In this document: one piece after another, positions 43,501-52,908 of the stretch
Numbering within the stretch: position 1 is the first letter of the stretch
How the letters are laid out: every line of letters begins with the position of its first letter
Assembly: GCF_006345805.1 (NCBI RefSeq)
Contig: NC_043015.1
Span: forward strand, 38,812,001 to 38,876,000
Direction of reading: 5' to 3'
Source of the DNA: Octopus sinensis
Lineage: Eukaryota
Length of the DNA: 64,000 nt
Program-made: the position numbers and the translations under genes
The notes under the pieces: model-generated
Databases searched by the model: none
Told to the model about the DNA's origin: nothing
The model's input: only the letters and a program-made list of their open reading frames with translations

Positions 43501-46362
43501 GAAAAAAAAAATATATAATTTTGAAGTGTAATGTTCAATGATAATTTAAACTAAATTTGGCATAAATGAAGTTTTTGAAATCTTCTTTACAGATTTTGTA
43601 GACACAGGAAAAAAAGGTAATAAGAAGGCTAAAGCTCAGAAACAGGTAAATTATTTTTTTTCTCTAAACACTCCATATTTTAATATAATGATTTCTGGTA
43701 GTGGGAAAAGGAATATATAATTATGCAGTTTCTAATTAGTGCAACTCATTATGGTTTTGAAATGAAGAATGATATTGTTTAACCCTTTCGTTACTGTATT
43801 TTGAGATGCTCTGTGTTTCTTTCATTTAATTTTAAATATAAAAAAATATTTAGTAAAATAACTTAGTTATCATTCAGCTAGTGTTAGGAACATTAATTGT
43901 GACTAAGGTTTGGTGGAAGACTTTGATTCAGAACTTATGAAAACAAGACATTTGTACTCAGAGGCAGAAACGGTTTCAGCCGGGTTGGTAATGAAAGGGT
44001 TAAAGTTCTACACAGCTCTGAGTTGAGATCTGGTTCATCATGGTTTTTTTCCCCCCATATTCTCCAGTTGTCTGGAAGTAGTAAATTCCAACTTATGCAA
44101 ATTAACCACTAAGTAATTGCCTGTAACAAAACTGAAAGTCAAAAATGGTGATAAACAACAACAATATTTTCTTTTATTTTTTTTTATTAGATTCAACAAG
44201 CTAACATCCCTGGATTAGCACCGATCACTGTTGAAAAGAAAACAAATTCTGAATCTGGCGATTTTGATAAAGATAAGAAAATAAGGAATTTAAAGAAGGT
44301 AATCACAAAACTTCATTTTTATTTTCTAGTTTTATTTTCCTCTGTGAGTCTTTGAAATTGGTTGGGGGGTGGGTGATGTATTTTGTTATGAGATCCTTTA
44401 AGATTAACGCTAGAGCTAAAGAAAAGCCATTTATGCCAAGTAAAATATTCAGTCATTGGGTTGTAGAGATGTCTGCCCAGAGGCACCGGTTTGTAGAATG
44501 GAGAAAGAAAGTTTAAGTGGTGAACTTTCTTTGCATGCTTTTACGTCGTGTGGAATTGGAAGCAATGCAGAATATGAGTTGCAGAGCCTCGGTTCTGGAG
44601 AGGTGGGTAGATTTCTACAAGGTTAGCAGTAACGGTCTTGATAAATAACCAGAACACCCATTTGCCATTTGGGAAGTGAGAGAGAGAGAGAGAGAGAGAG
44701 AAAGATAGCAGACCATGCAATGCATCTCAGCATACTTTACTTTCCTATTGAATGTTCCATTTGGTGAGGAGTGCCTTTATCCAGATGTTATAATCAGAAT
44801 GATGCCAGTGCCGCCTTGACTGGCATCTGTGTGGGTGGCACATAAAAAGCACCAACAGATTGTGGACGTTGCTAGCCTCATGCCGGTGGCACGTAAAAAG
44901 CACCCACTACACTCACGGAGTGGTTGGCATTAGGAAGGGCATTCAGCTGTAGAAACACTGCCAGATCAGACTGGAGCCTGGTGCAGCCTCCTGGCTTCCC
45001 AGATCCCCGGTCGAACCGTCCAACCCATGCTAGCATGGAAAATGGATGTTAAATGATGATGATTTCACTTGTACATGAGTAACAACTGCAAGTGAACCAT
45101 TTTTGGAGGGTCACAAGTGGCTCGTCCCATCCTTCAAGCTGTCTTGGATTACTCAGGGGAAGCACATTTGCTGGTAAAGTTACTTACCGTAAAATCATCA
45201 GAACTGCAACTAAGAGGAAGACTTGAAGTATCAGAATGTGTGTGTTTTTGAGAGGGTAATGTATTGTGGGTTGCAATGAGTGGGCAACATGCAATATTGT
45301 TGAAATGGGTTAACTTTTTTTTTTGTTGGAAACCTTGTTTTGTAATTTTTTTTGTTTTTTTGTAGAAAATTACTCAGATAAACAAGCTGAAAGAGCAACA
45401 GAAAACTGGCAAAAAACTCGATGACACTCAGGTAAGAATGATTTCATTGTTTAGAGTTGGTATTGAAATGACTTGGAGAATCACTACCCCCACCCAGCTG
45501 GGGTTTTTTTTTCCTCTAGCAGTAGGCAGATCAGACAACACTTTTGATTTTTCTATTTCATTCCTTTGGAGAGATGGTTTCTTTAAGAGGCAGTGTAAGG
45601 AGATGCTTAAGGGAGGTTGAGAGTAATTCAGTTATGAACGTAGAAACCCTTACACAAACTCCATTTTAATAAGGATATTTCAGTGTACTTTATTGTTTTT
45701 GCTATCATCTTCAGCTTCCTACTTACTTTTTCCCAGATGCCTGGATGCACCAGTTTCAATCTCTCCCCACCATTCTTCACATTCATGTTTTCCTGCCACA
45801 TAACAAATGCATTTCATACAATCTGCCCTTCAGTAGGGGGAGATCTTGTTGGTAGAGCTAACAGCTACCTCAACTTTTTCCCCACTATTTTAACTGTGGT
45901 TGCTATACTTTAGCTAATCAGGTTATTCCAGTATCAGGCGAGCTGGCAGAAACGTTAGCACACCGGACAGTGGTATTTCGTCTACCTTTACGTTCTGAGT
46001 TCAAATTCCGCAGAGTTCGACTTTGCCTTTCATCCTTTCGGGGTTGATAAATTAAGTACCAGTTATGCACTGGAGTTGATATAATCGACAATCTGTTTGT
46101 TTGTCCTTGTTTGTCCTCTCTGTGTTTAGCCCCTTGTGGGTAGTAAAGAAATAGGTTATTCCAGTATCAGAAGTAATCAACTACTTCCAAAGAGTCTTTC
46201 AAGCATTTGCAAGAATTTATTTCATGCCTGCCCCTATTGTTGTTAACTGTTGCTTCATTCTAAGAAGTCTGATTATTGATTTTTTTCCTTTTTTTCCAGT
46301 TACAAAAAATATCTAAGTATGATGAAATTGTGAAAGAGATTGATGAATTGAAACTGCAATAA
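25316..46362 (+). CDS. EIF2A: Eukaryotic translation initiation factor 2A (beta-propeller eIF2A), about 559 aa, 18 coding exons
   Basis: Exons 25316-25343, 28506-28572, 29659-29733, 30140-30255, 30737-30827, 31757-31839, 32275-32366, 33096-33207, 34990-35100, 35512-35580, 37562-37663, 38886-39060, 40933-41093, 42211-42318, 43593-43645, 44191-44298, 45366-45431, 46300-46362. They total 1680 nt with consistent phases and no internal stop. eIF2A motifs: LRGSDG, ANKSFFKADK, SYYGE, FCVVYGFMPAKATLYNLKCDPVFDYGT, LAGFGNL, APRLRVGNGYKLWHYTGS, AYRPP, DKKIRNLKKK. The exon 14 donor and exon 15 acceptor have in-frame alternatives. Confidence 0.96.
26642..26901. mobile_element. CpG-rich MITE with ~75-bp TIRs in EIF2A intron 1
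   Basis: GGTACTACTTGAGAACAGTGGTCCCGGTG...GACTAGTCGATCCT / AGGATCGACTAGTC...CACCGGGACCACTGTTCTCAAGTAATACC around an A-rich, internally duplicated core. Imperfect flanking repeat (TT/AC)CATTCC. Confidence 0.82.
28910..29245 (+). mobile_element. RTE-like LINE 3' fragment
   Basis: Repeated gcacgtaaaaagcacc units, ggagtggttggcgttaggaagggcatcc, (GAT)n tail. Further copies at about 13097-13390, 30300-30640, 38700-38855 and 44800-45063. Confidence 0.8.
32565..32645. repeat. 30-bp minisatellite, about 3 units
   Basis: GTTAAATTGGAGGGT(C/T)AGGTTCAG(C/A)CAGGT repeated, with a degenerate unit just upstream. Confidence 0.85.
33352..33990 (-). mobile_element. RTE-like LINE 3' fragment
   Basis: (CAT)n on the plus strand followed by the reverse complement of the same family, with internal ~60-bp repeats. 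Confidence 0.8.
34455..34850 (-). mobile_element. SINE family C copy
   Basis: Reverse complement of the family C pattern. Confidence 0.85.
36000..36208 (-). mobile_element. SINE family B copy
   Basis: Shares the core of the 605-975 element; ends gccagctcgccgcc. Confidence 0.85.
36490..36780 (-). mobile_element. tRNA-derived SINE with a family A head and a different 3' tail
   Basis: Reverse complement has the same head and body as 2518-2710, then an unrelated tail and poly(A). Flanked by TACAACT repeats. Confidence 0.8.
38077..38139 (+). pseudogene. 5'-truncated tRNA-Phe(GAA) copy inside the EIF2A AT-AC intron
   Basis: TCAGTTTGGGAGAGTGTTAGACTGAAGATCTAAAGGCCCCCGGTTCAATCCTGGGTTTCGGCA matches metazoan cytosolic tRNA-Phe from the D-arm to the discriminator base. 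The first ~11 nt (5' acceptor strand) are missing and there is no CCA. Confidence 0.85.
38160..38578 (+). mobile_element. RTE-like LINE 3' fragment directly downstream of the tRNA-Phe copy
   Basis: Four ~60-bp ggcacgtaaaaagcacc units, then the family 3' end and (GAT)n. Confidence 0.82.
39274..39455 (+). mobile_element. Partial family A SINE
   Basis: gtggaggtgcaatggcccagtagttagggcagcggactcgcg...cacctaaagctccacgaggc, as in the 2518 copy. Confidence 0.8.
41290..41635 (-). mobile_element. SINE family C copy
   Basis: Reverse complement of the family C pattern. Confidence 0.85.
42575..43096 (+). mobile_element. RTE-like LINE 3' fragment
   Basis: Same family, with five internal repeat units and a (GAT)n tail. 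Confidence 0.8.
43779..44003. mobile_element. piggyBac-like MITE, second family
   Basis: TTAA-CCCTTTCGTTAC ... GTAATGAAAGGG-TTAA. Confidence 0.8.
45937..46153 (+). mobile_element. SINE family B copy with TSD
   Basis: ggcgagctggcagaaacgttagc...aaagaaatag, flanked by direct repeats of GGTTATTCCAGTATCAG. Confidence 0.88.
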
Positions 46363-46463
46363 CTGTCCAGGCCTTCATCCAGTAGAAACGGTTGAAGAAC
46401 TTACAGTGAAACTCCAAGTGTTCCAATCCATTGAAGTAAAGAAAAACAACAAATCTGAACTTT

Positions 46464-46469
46464 AATAAA
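46464..46469 (+). terminator. Probable EIF2A polyadenylation signal AATAAA
   Basis: AATAAA about 100 nt after the stop codon, followed by a T/GT-rich tract at about 46505-46540. Confidence 0.55.
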
Positions 46470-47274
46470 CCAAAAAACAAATCTACTTTGATTATAGATA
46501 AAGACTTGCTTTCATTGTTTTTTTATCTTACGTTCTTTTCATGCAACATCAAACTATCATGATCGCATTTTAATATTAGCTAAACTCCTGCAATCTATAA
46601 GTGATAAGAAGTCAATTATTTTACTTTTCATCATCAGAATCGTTAGATGAGAAATTAACTCTTGATTTCTGGAAGTAAAGGAACGGTAAATACATACTTG
46701 TTGCATCTTGGTCGCAGATTGCTGCTTTGTTTACCATTCACACTTTGGGGTGTTGCCAGAATTTACTAATGGGAAATATGAAGGAGAACCAGAGATTCAC
46801 ACAAACACATTAAAAAATATACCTATTTCTTTACTACCCACAAGGGGCTAAACACAGAGGGGACAAACAAAGAGATTAAGTTGATTATATCGACCCCAAA
46901 AGGATGAAAGGCAAAGTCGACCCTGGTGGAATTTGAACTCAGAACGTAACGGCAGACGAAATACGGCTATGCATTTTGCCTGGCATGCTAACATTAAAAA
47001 ATATACCGGAGCAAATATGCATCAAGCTTGGCACCAAAAGTGGCCCGGTTTCTAGAGTTTCTGGTTCTCTGGAGACAATCTAAATATATACTCAAAATAT
47101 AAAATAAATCATGAAAAGTAAACAAGTAAATTGCATTTAACAGATTTAAATTATTACATTGCTAAAACAGAATCTGGTATTTAGGAATCCATTTAAAATA
47201 TGACATTACTATATGATGCTTATAGGATAAAAATTAAATGAAGAAAAGTAAAGGTGAGATTATTTAGCAGATCC

Positions 47275-47640
47275 AGGAGTGGCTGTGCGGTAAGTAGCTT
47301 GCTTACCAACCACATGGTCCTGGGTTCAGTCCCACTGCATGGCACTTTGGGCAAGTGTCTTCTACTATAGCCTCGGGCCGACCAAAGCCTTGAGTGGATT
47401 TGGTAGATGGAAACTGAAAGAAGCCCGTCGTATATATGTGTCTGTGTTTGTCCCCCCAACATTGCTTGACAACCGATGCTGGTGTATTTACGTCCCCATC
47501 ACTCAGCGGGTCGGCAAAAGTGACCGATAGAATAAGTACTAGGCTTACAAAGATTAAGTCCTGGGGTCGATTTGCTCGACTAAAGGCGGTGCTTCAGCAT
47601 GGCCACAGTCGAATGACTGAAACCAGTAAAAGAGAAAAGG
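47275..47640 (+). mobile_element. SINE family C copy
   Basis: caggagtggctgtgcggtaagtagcttgc...gactgaaaccagtaaaagag. Confidence 0.87.
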
Positions 47641-47789
47641 AGTACAAATTGATAGATCTATATTTGATATCAAACGTAGACGTGTCAAACTCTTCACTCA
47701 AGAGTCACATTCAATACTTTTTTTTTTTTTTTGAGTCTCATCAGTAACTTTACTTTCTTCATTGTATTGTTTCCTTTCTACTTTTCAAT

Positions 47790-49370
47790 TAACAGAAAGA
47801 CCCAGTATTGCTTGGAGTGGTCAAGACAGTTCTACCTAAGCGCCGCTCGTGTTAAGGTAGTGTATGGTGCGTCTTGTTAGAGTTGAAACGTATGCTATTG
47901 GGGCTGGACATTATCGTCGTCATGTCAACTTTGACAGACTGACAAAAGGAAAACAAAACACATCCCAGAAACTTGCTTTGGCAGAATGGAAAAATGAAAC
48001 CAATACAGTTCTTGGAATGTCTCAGCTCTTGATCACGTAAAGCACTGGTCAATACTGAAAGGATATCTCCAAGGATTATGGCAGCAAATTCCAAAGACAA
48101 CTCTCAGACTGCATAAACTGCTACGGCTGTACATGGAAGGTTGAAAGGAAAGTCTGTTTGAGGATCTTTCTGCTGTTACACAAAAAGTTCCAAAGGTGAC
48201 TTTAATCCTGTAGCATTTAAACCGGTTATGTCCGGCCAAAAGTATTCAGCCTGTTTTATGTTCAAACTGGCCATATCTGACCTCTCACACTAACCCTACA
48301 ATATCGTTTAAAAAATTAACAGCTACCTCATCAAAATCTCATGGCTACAAGATAATGCATGATTAGTTCAAAACAAAGTGGATGAAGAATTAATTTTGGT
48401 AGAATAATGTGAACACTAAAGGGTTAAGGCTCAACTCATTCTGAAACCAATAAAAATGGTACAATATTTAAGGGCTTTCTTGGAGAAAATCTCCTTTTAT
48501 GTCTGATTTTCTTCTGGAATGTTGTATCCAATCGAATCTGGATATTTCCAGACCCAATGGAAGCAAATCACAGTGATTGCATGATTATTGTAAAAAAAAT
48601 CTTTAGAACTTACACATCATTTCATAAGTATCAATTCTGATCATCACATTTGTGTCTGCGAGATTCTGACCGAGTCTTCATATCACCGAAAGTGATTGGT
48701 TCTGAAGAAAGACTCTGAAATTCAGAATAACTTTTGTCATCTTTGTTCAGACTAAATTCTTCAAGAGGGAAACAAGACAAACTCACCAACCAACACTTCC
48801 GACAACTTCAAATTTTGAGCAAACAACATCAGAGACGATCCCTCATAAATCCAAAGTACAAAAGAAAAAGCCATAGGAAACGGCTCAGATTTGTCAGTGT
48901 TGTAAACAGCTAGAGCATGCAACCAGATTAACGAGGCCTACAAAAAGAGCGAAACGAGCTTATGAGAAAGATGGAGTTGAATATCTGCAAAGGAAGATTG
49001 AAGAAATCAGAAATGCAGCTAAAAGCAAGAAGCCAGAAGTTACATGCAAGACATGAAATAAAATCAGGGGAAGAAAGAAGTCAAATATTTCCAGACTAAG
49101 GAATCAAATCATGGGAGAAGTTCTTTGGAAAGTCAAGGTAAACCTCCAGAAATTGCTGAGGGCAATGTTGATGCAGTCTTTCCTGAAGAATTTGACATAA
49201 AGAAGGATTCTTTGGCCATTGATGATCTGCAAAATGCTTTTGAATTGATCCAGGGTGGTAACGTTTGCAGTCTGGATGGTATCCTTGCAGAAGTTTGGGA
49301 ACTGGAAGAATACAACAATGTGCTTCTGGAGATCAGACAAGGGCAAAAGATAGCTGGAGAGAAGGTTGTA
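47790..49370 (+). mobile_element. Highly decayed LINE (RTE-like) remnants, interrupted by a piggyBac MITE
   Basis: Broken ORF pieces such as SLDGILAEVWELEEY (resembling the GxDGIxAE region preceding RT), with many stops. Confidence 0.45.
48202..48427. mobile_element. piggyBac-like MITE, same family as 20976-21204
   Basis: TTAA-TCCTGTAGCATT ... CACTAAAGGG-TTAA, with shared internal sequence (gctacaagataatgcatgatta). Confidence 0.78.
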
Positions 49371-50239
49371 TAAAACCTGCATCCAAGAAAGGAGAGTTGG
49401 ACTTTATGAAGTGCTTCTCGAGGTTGAACAGCTCTAAGTCATAGCAGCCCTTGTTTATAAATAGGCTGAGTTCCACCAACACAAATTCTCCATCCGGTTT
49501 GTGTGACATTTTAGACTTGGGGGAATCTTTAACAGTCATCGCTTTTTCTTTGCTTTTCATTGGGATCCAACAAATGTTTGGTGTTAATACAGAAGAATTC
49601 CTTTAGCTTCCTTGTGAAGAGAGAAAGATTAAGTTCATATGGCAAATAGCTTGCTCAGTTTCTGAGACAGGGAGATCAATTGGAATGATAATCACAATTT
49701 GTGATGGAACAAGAGGCATGGATGGAGTAGGAGGCTGGCAGATAAGTTGGCAAAGCTTCCAGGCTTTGTTTGTGTCCAGTAAACTGACATTTAATTGGTC
49801 ATTTGCAATTCATAAATCGAGGGAGAAGAGCAAAGTTTAAGATTGTGGTTAAAAACTATATTGCATGGAATAGACATTTTTGTTAATCTTATGTAAATTT
49901 TCCAATTTGCTTACAATTGGAGAGAATCAACCTAGCACTCCAAAAGGTTTTGGTTCTTACAGCAGTTGTGATGTTGAAACGGTGGAGCAGTGGCATTGTT
50001 CTTTGAAAAGTTGGAAAATAAATATAAATATGAATTGCAAAGAAGTATTCATCACAAGAGAACCGTCCACCGAATGATGCAAACTACTTCCAGTTTCCTT
50101 GAATTCTGTTGCTTATTCACAACAGTTGTCAATTGTTTTTAGGAAAAGAATTTTAGATAAAATTTTTTTAGCCAAACGAGAAAACAAATCCATTGAATAA
50201 AAATACTTTTGAATTTCTGCTACAGTTTGGCACTCATTT

Positions 50240-50705
50240 GCATTCTGTTGGTCATATTTATTGGAATCAGGATTTCCAGATAACACAAAAGCATCTCAGG
50301 GGATTTAGAAATGATATATTTCTAAATCTCTAAGAGAGCTTTATGCAGTAGCAGCGCGATAAAGTGATAAATGTGACAATCCCATAAAAGGGAAGAATGC
50401 TAGTATTATTTAGCCCAAGGAAACACCGTTTCCTGTTGGACTTGACACATTTACTGTGTCCTTATGTTTTCAAAGTGGAGACACAGGATAATGACACAGG
50501 AAATGTGTCAAGTCCAACAGGAAACAGTGTTTCCTAGAGCTAAATAACACTAGCATTCCTCCCTTTTATGAAACTGTCATATTAAGTTGATAACATATGA
50601 TTGCTTTATCATCCTGCTACTGCATAAAGCTCTCTGATAGATTTAGAAATATATTATTTCTAAATCTGGAAATCTTGGTTCTAATAAATATGACCAACAG
50701 AATGC
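50240..50705. repeat. 466-bp foldback (long inverted repeat)
   Basis: GCATTCTGTTGGTCATATTTATT...GACTTGACACATTT..TGTGTC is mirrored by GACACAGGAAATGTGTCAAGTC...AATAAATATGACCAACAGAATGC. The arms are about 200 bp. Confidence 0.9.
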
Positions 50706-51216
50706 TCTGGAGATTTGTTACAAAGAACGATGGAAGAGTTATCACAGAATTTGTCTTGGTAGAATTAAAATTCATAAAATAAACGAGTATTGTTTCAGGT
50801 CACTTGAGAGTTTTTTTTTTGGTTTTTTTTTTGTAAAAAAAGTAGGAAAATTTTTTAGTTTTAGCTTTTAATTATGAAAGGATGATCTTAAATGAGCTGA
50901 GAAGGTAAGAGGGTTTGTAACAGATTAGCTTAATACGAACAGAAGCAGGGGCTACACTGCTTTGTGTATGGACGGTATGTATTGGATGAGAAGGCACCAG
51001 AAGTTGAATAATGGAAAGTAGACTTGTTCGAATGACAACAGAGAATAGCTTGAGGACAAATCAGAGAATATTGCAGGATGCAAGCATAGAAGATAAACAG
51101 TGGAGATTAATCCATCCCATGTCAGCAGCAGAGAAAAACACATGTTAAAATGGTGATCAAAATTTTGGTTTATACAATCCAAAGACTGTCTTGTTTTCAT
51201 TTGTTTTAAAAGATAA

Positions 51217-52458
51217 TCAAAGCTCATCATGGGTATTTTGTTGATGGGGTACCGTACTGCTGTCAGGGTGAGTGCATTTTCCCACATGCAGAATCATGAA
51301 AGAAGTTTTGTCAACAATAAAGAATAAAAATGGATGATTAACAGTGAAAGAGGTTTCATGTTTTGCTTTTTTTTCAATCAAATGACTGGATTTTCGGACA
51401 GTAGCAGGACTGCTTGTTGTTCCCAGTTCATTGAAATTGAGAAAACCTTGGTGAAGAATGTCAATTAAGTGAACGTGGGTATTCGTTAAGTTGTTATTTT
51501 CCAAATTGAAGAGATGGTCAGTCGTTTCTTTGAATAAAATATCTTGAAAAGTAAAGTTAGATTTCATTTGAAACTTGGGCAAAATCAAAGCAACATTTCT
51601 CGGAGAAGCCTTATTGGCGATAATTTGCCACAAGAGTCGTGATGTCAGCTGTTTTTCTATTGATGTAATTCCTTCAATATCATCCGGAAGAATGATGTAG
51701 AAGCTAAACCTGTTGCCAGCCAAAGGTATTTCTAGACTCCTAAAACTAAAACGTTCATCTGACTTTATAGCAAAATAGTTTTCTGTATACATCATTTCAA
51801 CAACTTCTGTTTGCTTTTCTGTCACATAAAAGGTTTCTCTCATGGTAAACTTTCGGTTAAATTGATTTTCCCAAAATCCTTGGAAATGCAAGCTGTTCAC
51901 CAATACAGCAAATATTTCTTCATTTGAGTTGCCAAATGACATAAAATTGCTGATTCTATTTTTATGGAATTTATCACTTAATTTACCAATAGTTCTTGGA
52001 TTAATTTCATCTATTTCCAAAAAGTAATATTTGCTAATATTAATGTTGATGTTTGGAAGAAGAACCGGATCAATATATAATTTATTGGATAACTGGAAAT
52101 TTGATAAATCTTGAACAGTTTTCAAATATTCTGTGAAACTATGATGGAATAATTCCCATGAAACAGATGGATAAAGCAGAGATTGGATTTTCTCTGTAGA
52201 GTTCATTTTATCAGCCATTTGAATGAACGACAGACTGATACTAACAAGAAATGGTGACCAGAGTATGTTTCCTGTCTTTGAATCAAGAAGTTGTTTGAAT
52301 ATTTTCAAAGTAAAATCATTAATTGGGACAGAAATGTCATGTTTGTATTGTTGTAGTTTGTCATAGTTTGCTGACGGTGGGTCAGCTGAGGCCAGAAAAT
52401 TATTAGTTAATAAAAATATGATATACGTACGTACTATGAGATCATTGAATGCATACAT
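51217..52458 (-). CDS. Serpin family protein, 413 aa, single coding exon, N-terminal signal peptide and C-terminal HDEL
   Basis: ORF 51217..52467 with first ATG at 52458, 8 nt after an acceptor (ttttccag|). Serpin motifs: NILWSPF, LVNSLHFQGFWENQF, TMRETFYV..VEMM, LEIPL, YIILPD, LILPKF, NELGT hinge, FTVNHPFLFFI..ILHVGK..HP. Ends in NTHDEL*. Confidence 0.95.
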   Translation of the reverse strand: MYAFNDLIVRTYIIFLLTNNFLASADPPSANYDKLQQYKHDISVPINDFTLKIFKQLLDSKTGNILWSPFLVSISLSFIQMADKMNSTEKIQSLLYPSVSWELFHHSFTEYLKTVQDLSNFQLSNKLYIDPVLLPNININISKYYFLEIDEINPRTIGKLSDKFHKNRISNFMSFGNSNEEIFAVLVNSLHFQGFWENQFNRKFTMRETFYVTEKQTEVVEMMYTENYFAIKSDERFSFRSLEIPLAGNRFSFYIILPDDIEGITSIEKQLTSRLLWQIIANKASPRNVALILPKFQMKSNFTFQDILFKETTDHLFNLENNNLTNTHVHLIDILHQGFLNFNELGTTSSPATVRKSSHLIEKKAKHETSFTVNHPFLFFIVDKTSFMILHVGKCTHPDSSTVPHQQNTHDEL

Positions 52459-52587
52459 GTTGGACACTGGAAAATATAAACATTACTGAATTTTATTAAA
52501 AGAAACAAAACATTTGATCTTATAAGCACAAATATGAGGAAGAATAGAGAAACAAGCCCCCACGAATATGCTTCTAATGTCAGGTAA

Positions 52588-52908
52588 TCATCATCATCAT
52601 TTAACGTCTGCTTTCCATGCTGGCATGGGTTGGATGGTCCGACTGGGGTCTGGGAAGGCAGGAGGCTGCACCAGGCTCCAGTCTGGTCTGGCAGTGTTTC
52701 TACAGCTGGATGCCCTTCCTAACGCCAACCACTCAGTGAGTGTAGTGGGTGCTTTTTACATGCCACCGACACAGGTGCCAGGGGAGGCTGGCATCGGCCA
52801 CGTTCGGATGGTGCTTTTTTACGTGCCACCGGCACAGGTATCACAACTACAATTTCCATTTGATATTTATTTTGATGTTGATGTACTTCACTCAACAGGT
52901 CTCCTCAA
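52588..52908 (-). mobile_element. RTE-like LINE 3' fragment in the serpin intron
   Basis: (CAT)n plus the reverse complement of the same family. Confidence 0.8.

Noticed and set aside
44370-44660. SRP, U3, 7SK, RNase P/MRP or telomerase RNA identity for the structured island
   Set aside because: The diagnostic motifs were not found by eye (SRP helix 8 loop, U3 boxes, paired GAUC, CR-I/CR-V, CUAACCCU template). Kept only as an unidentified structure.
52459-52467. GTG start of the 416-aa serpin ORF
   Set aside because: The first G belongs to the splice acceptor AG. The first ATG is at 52458.
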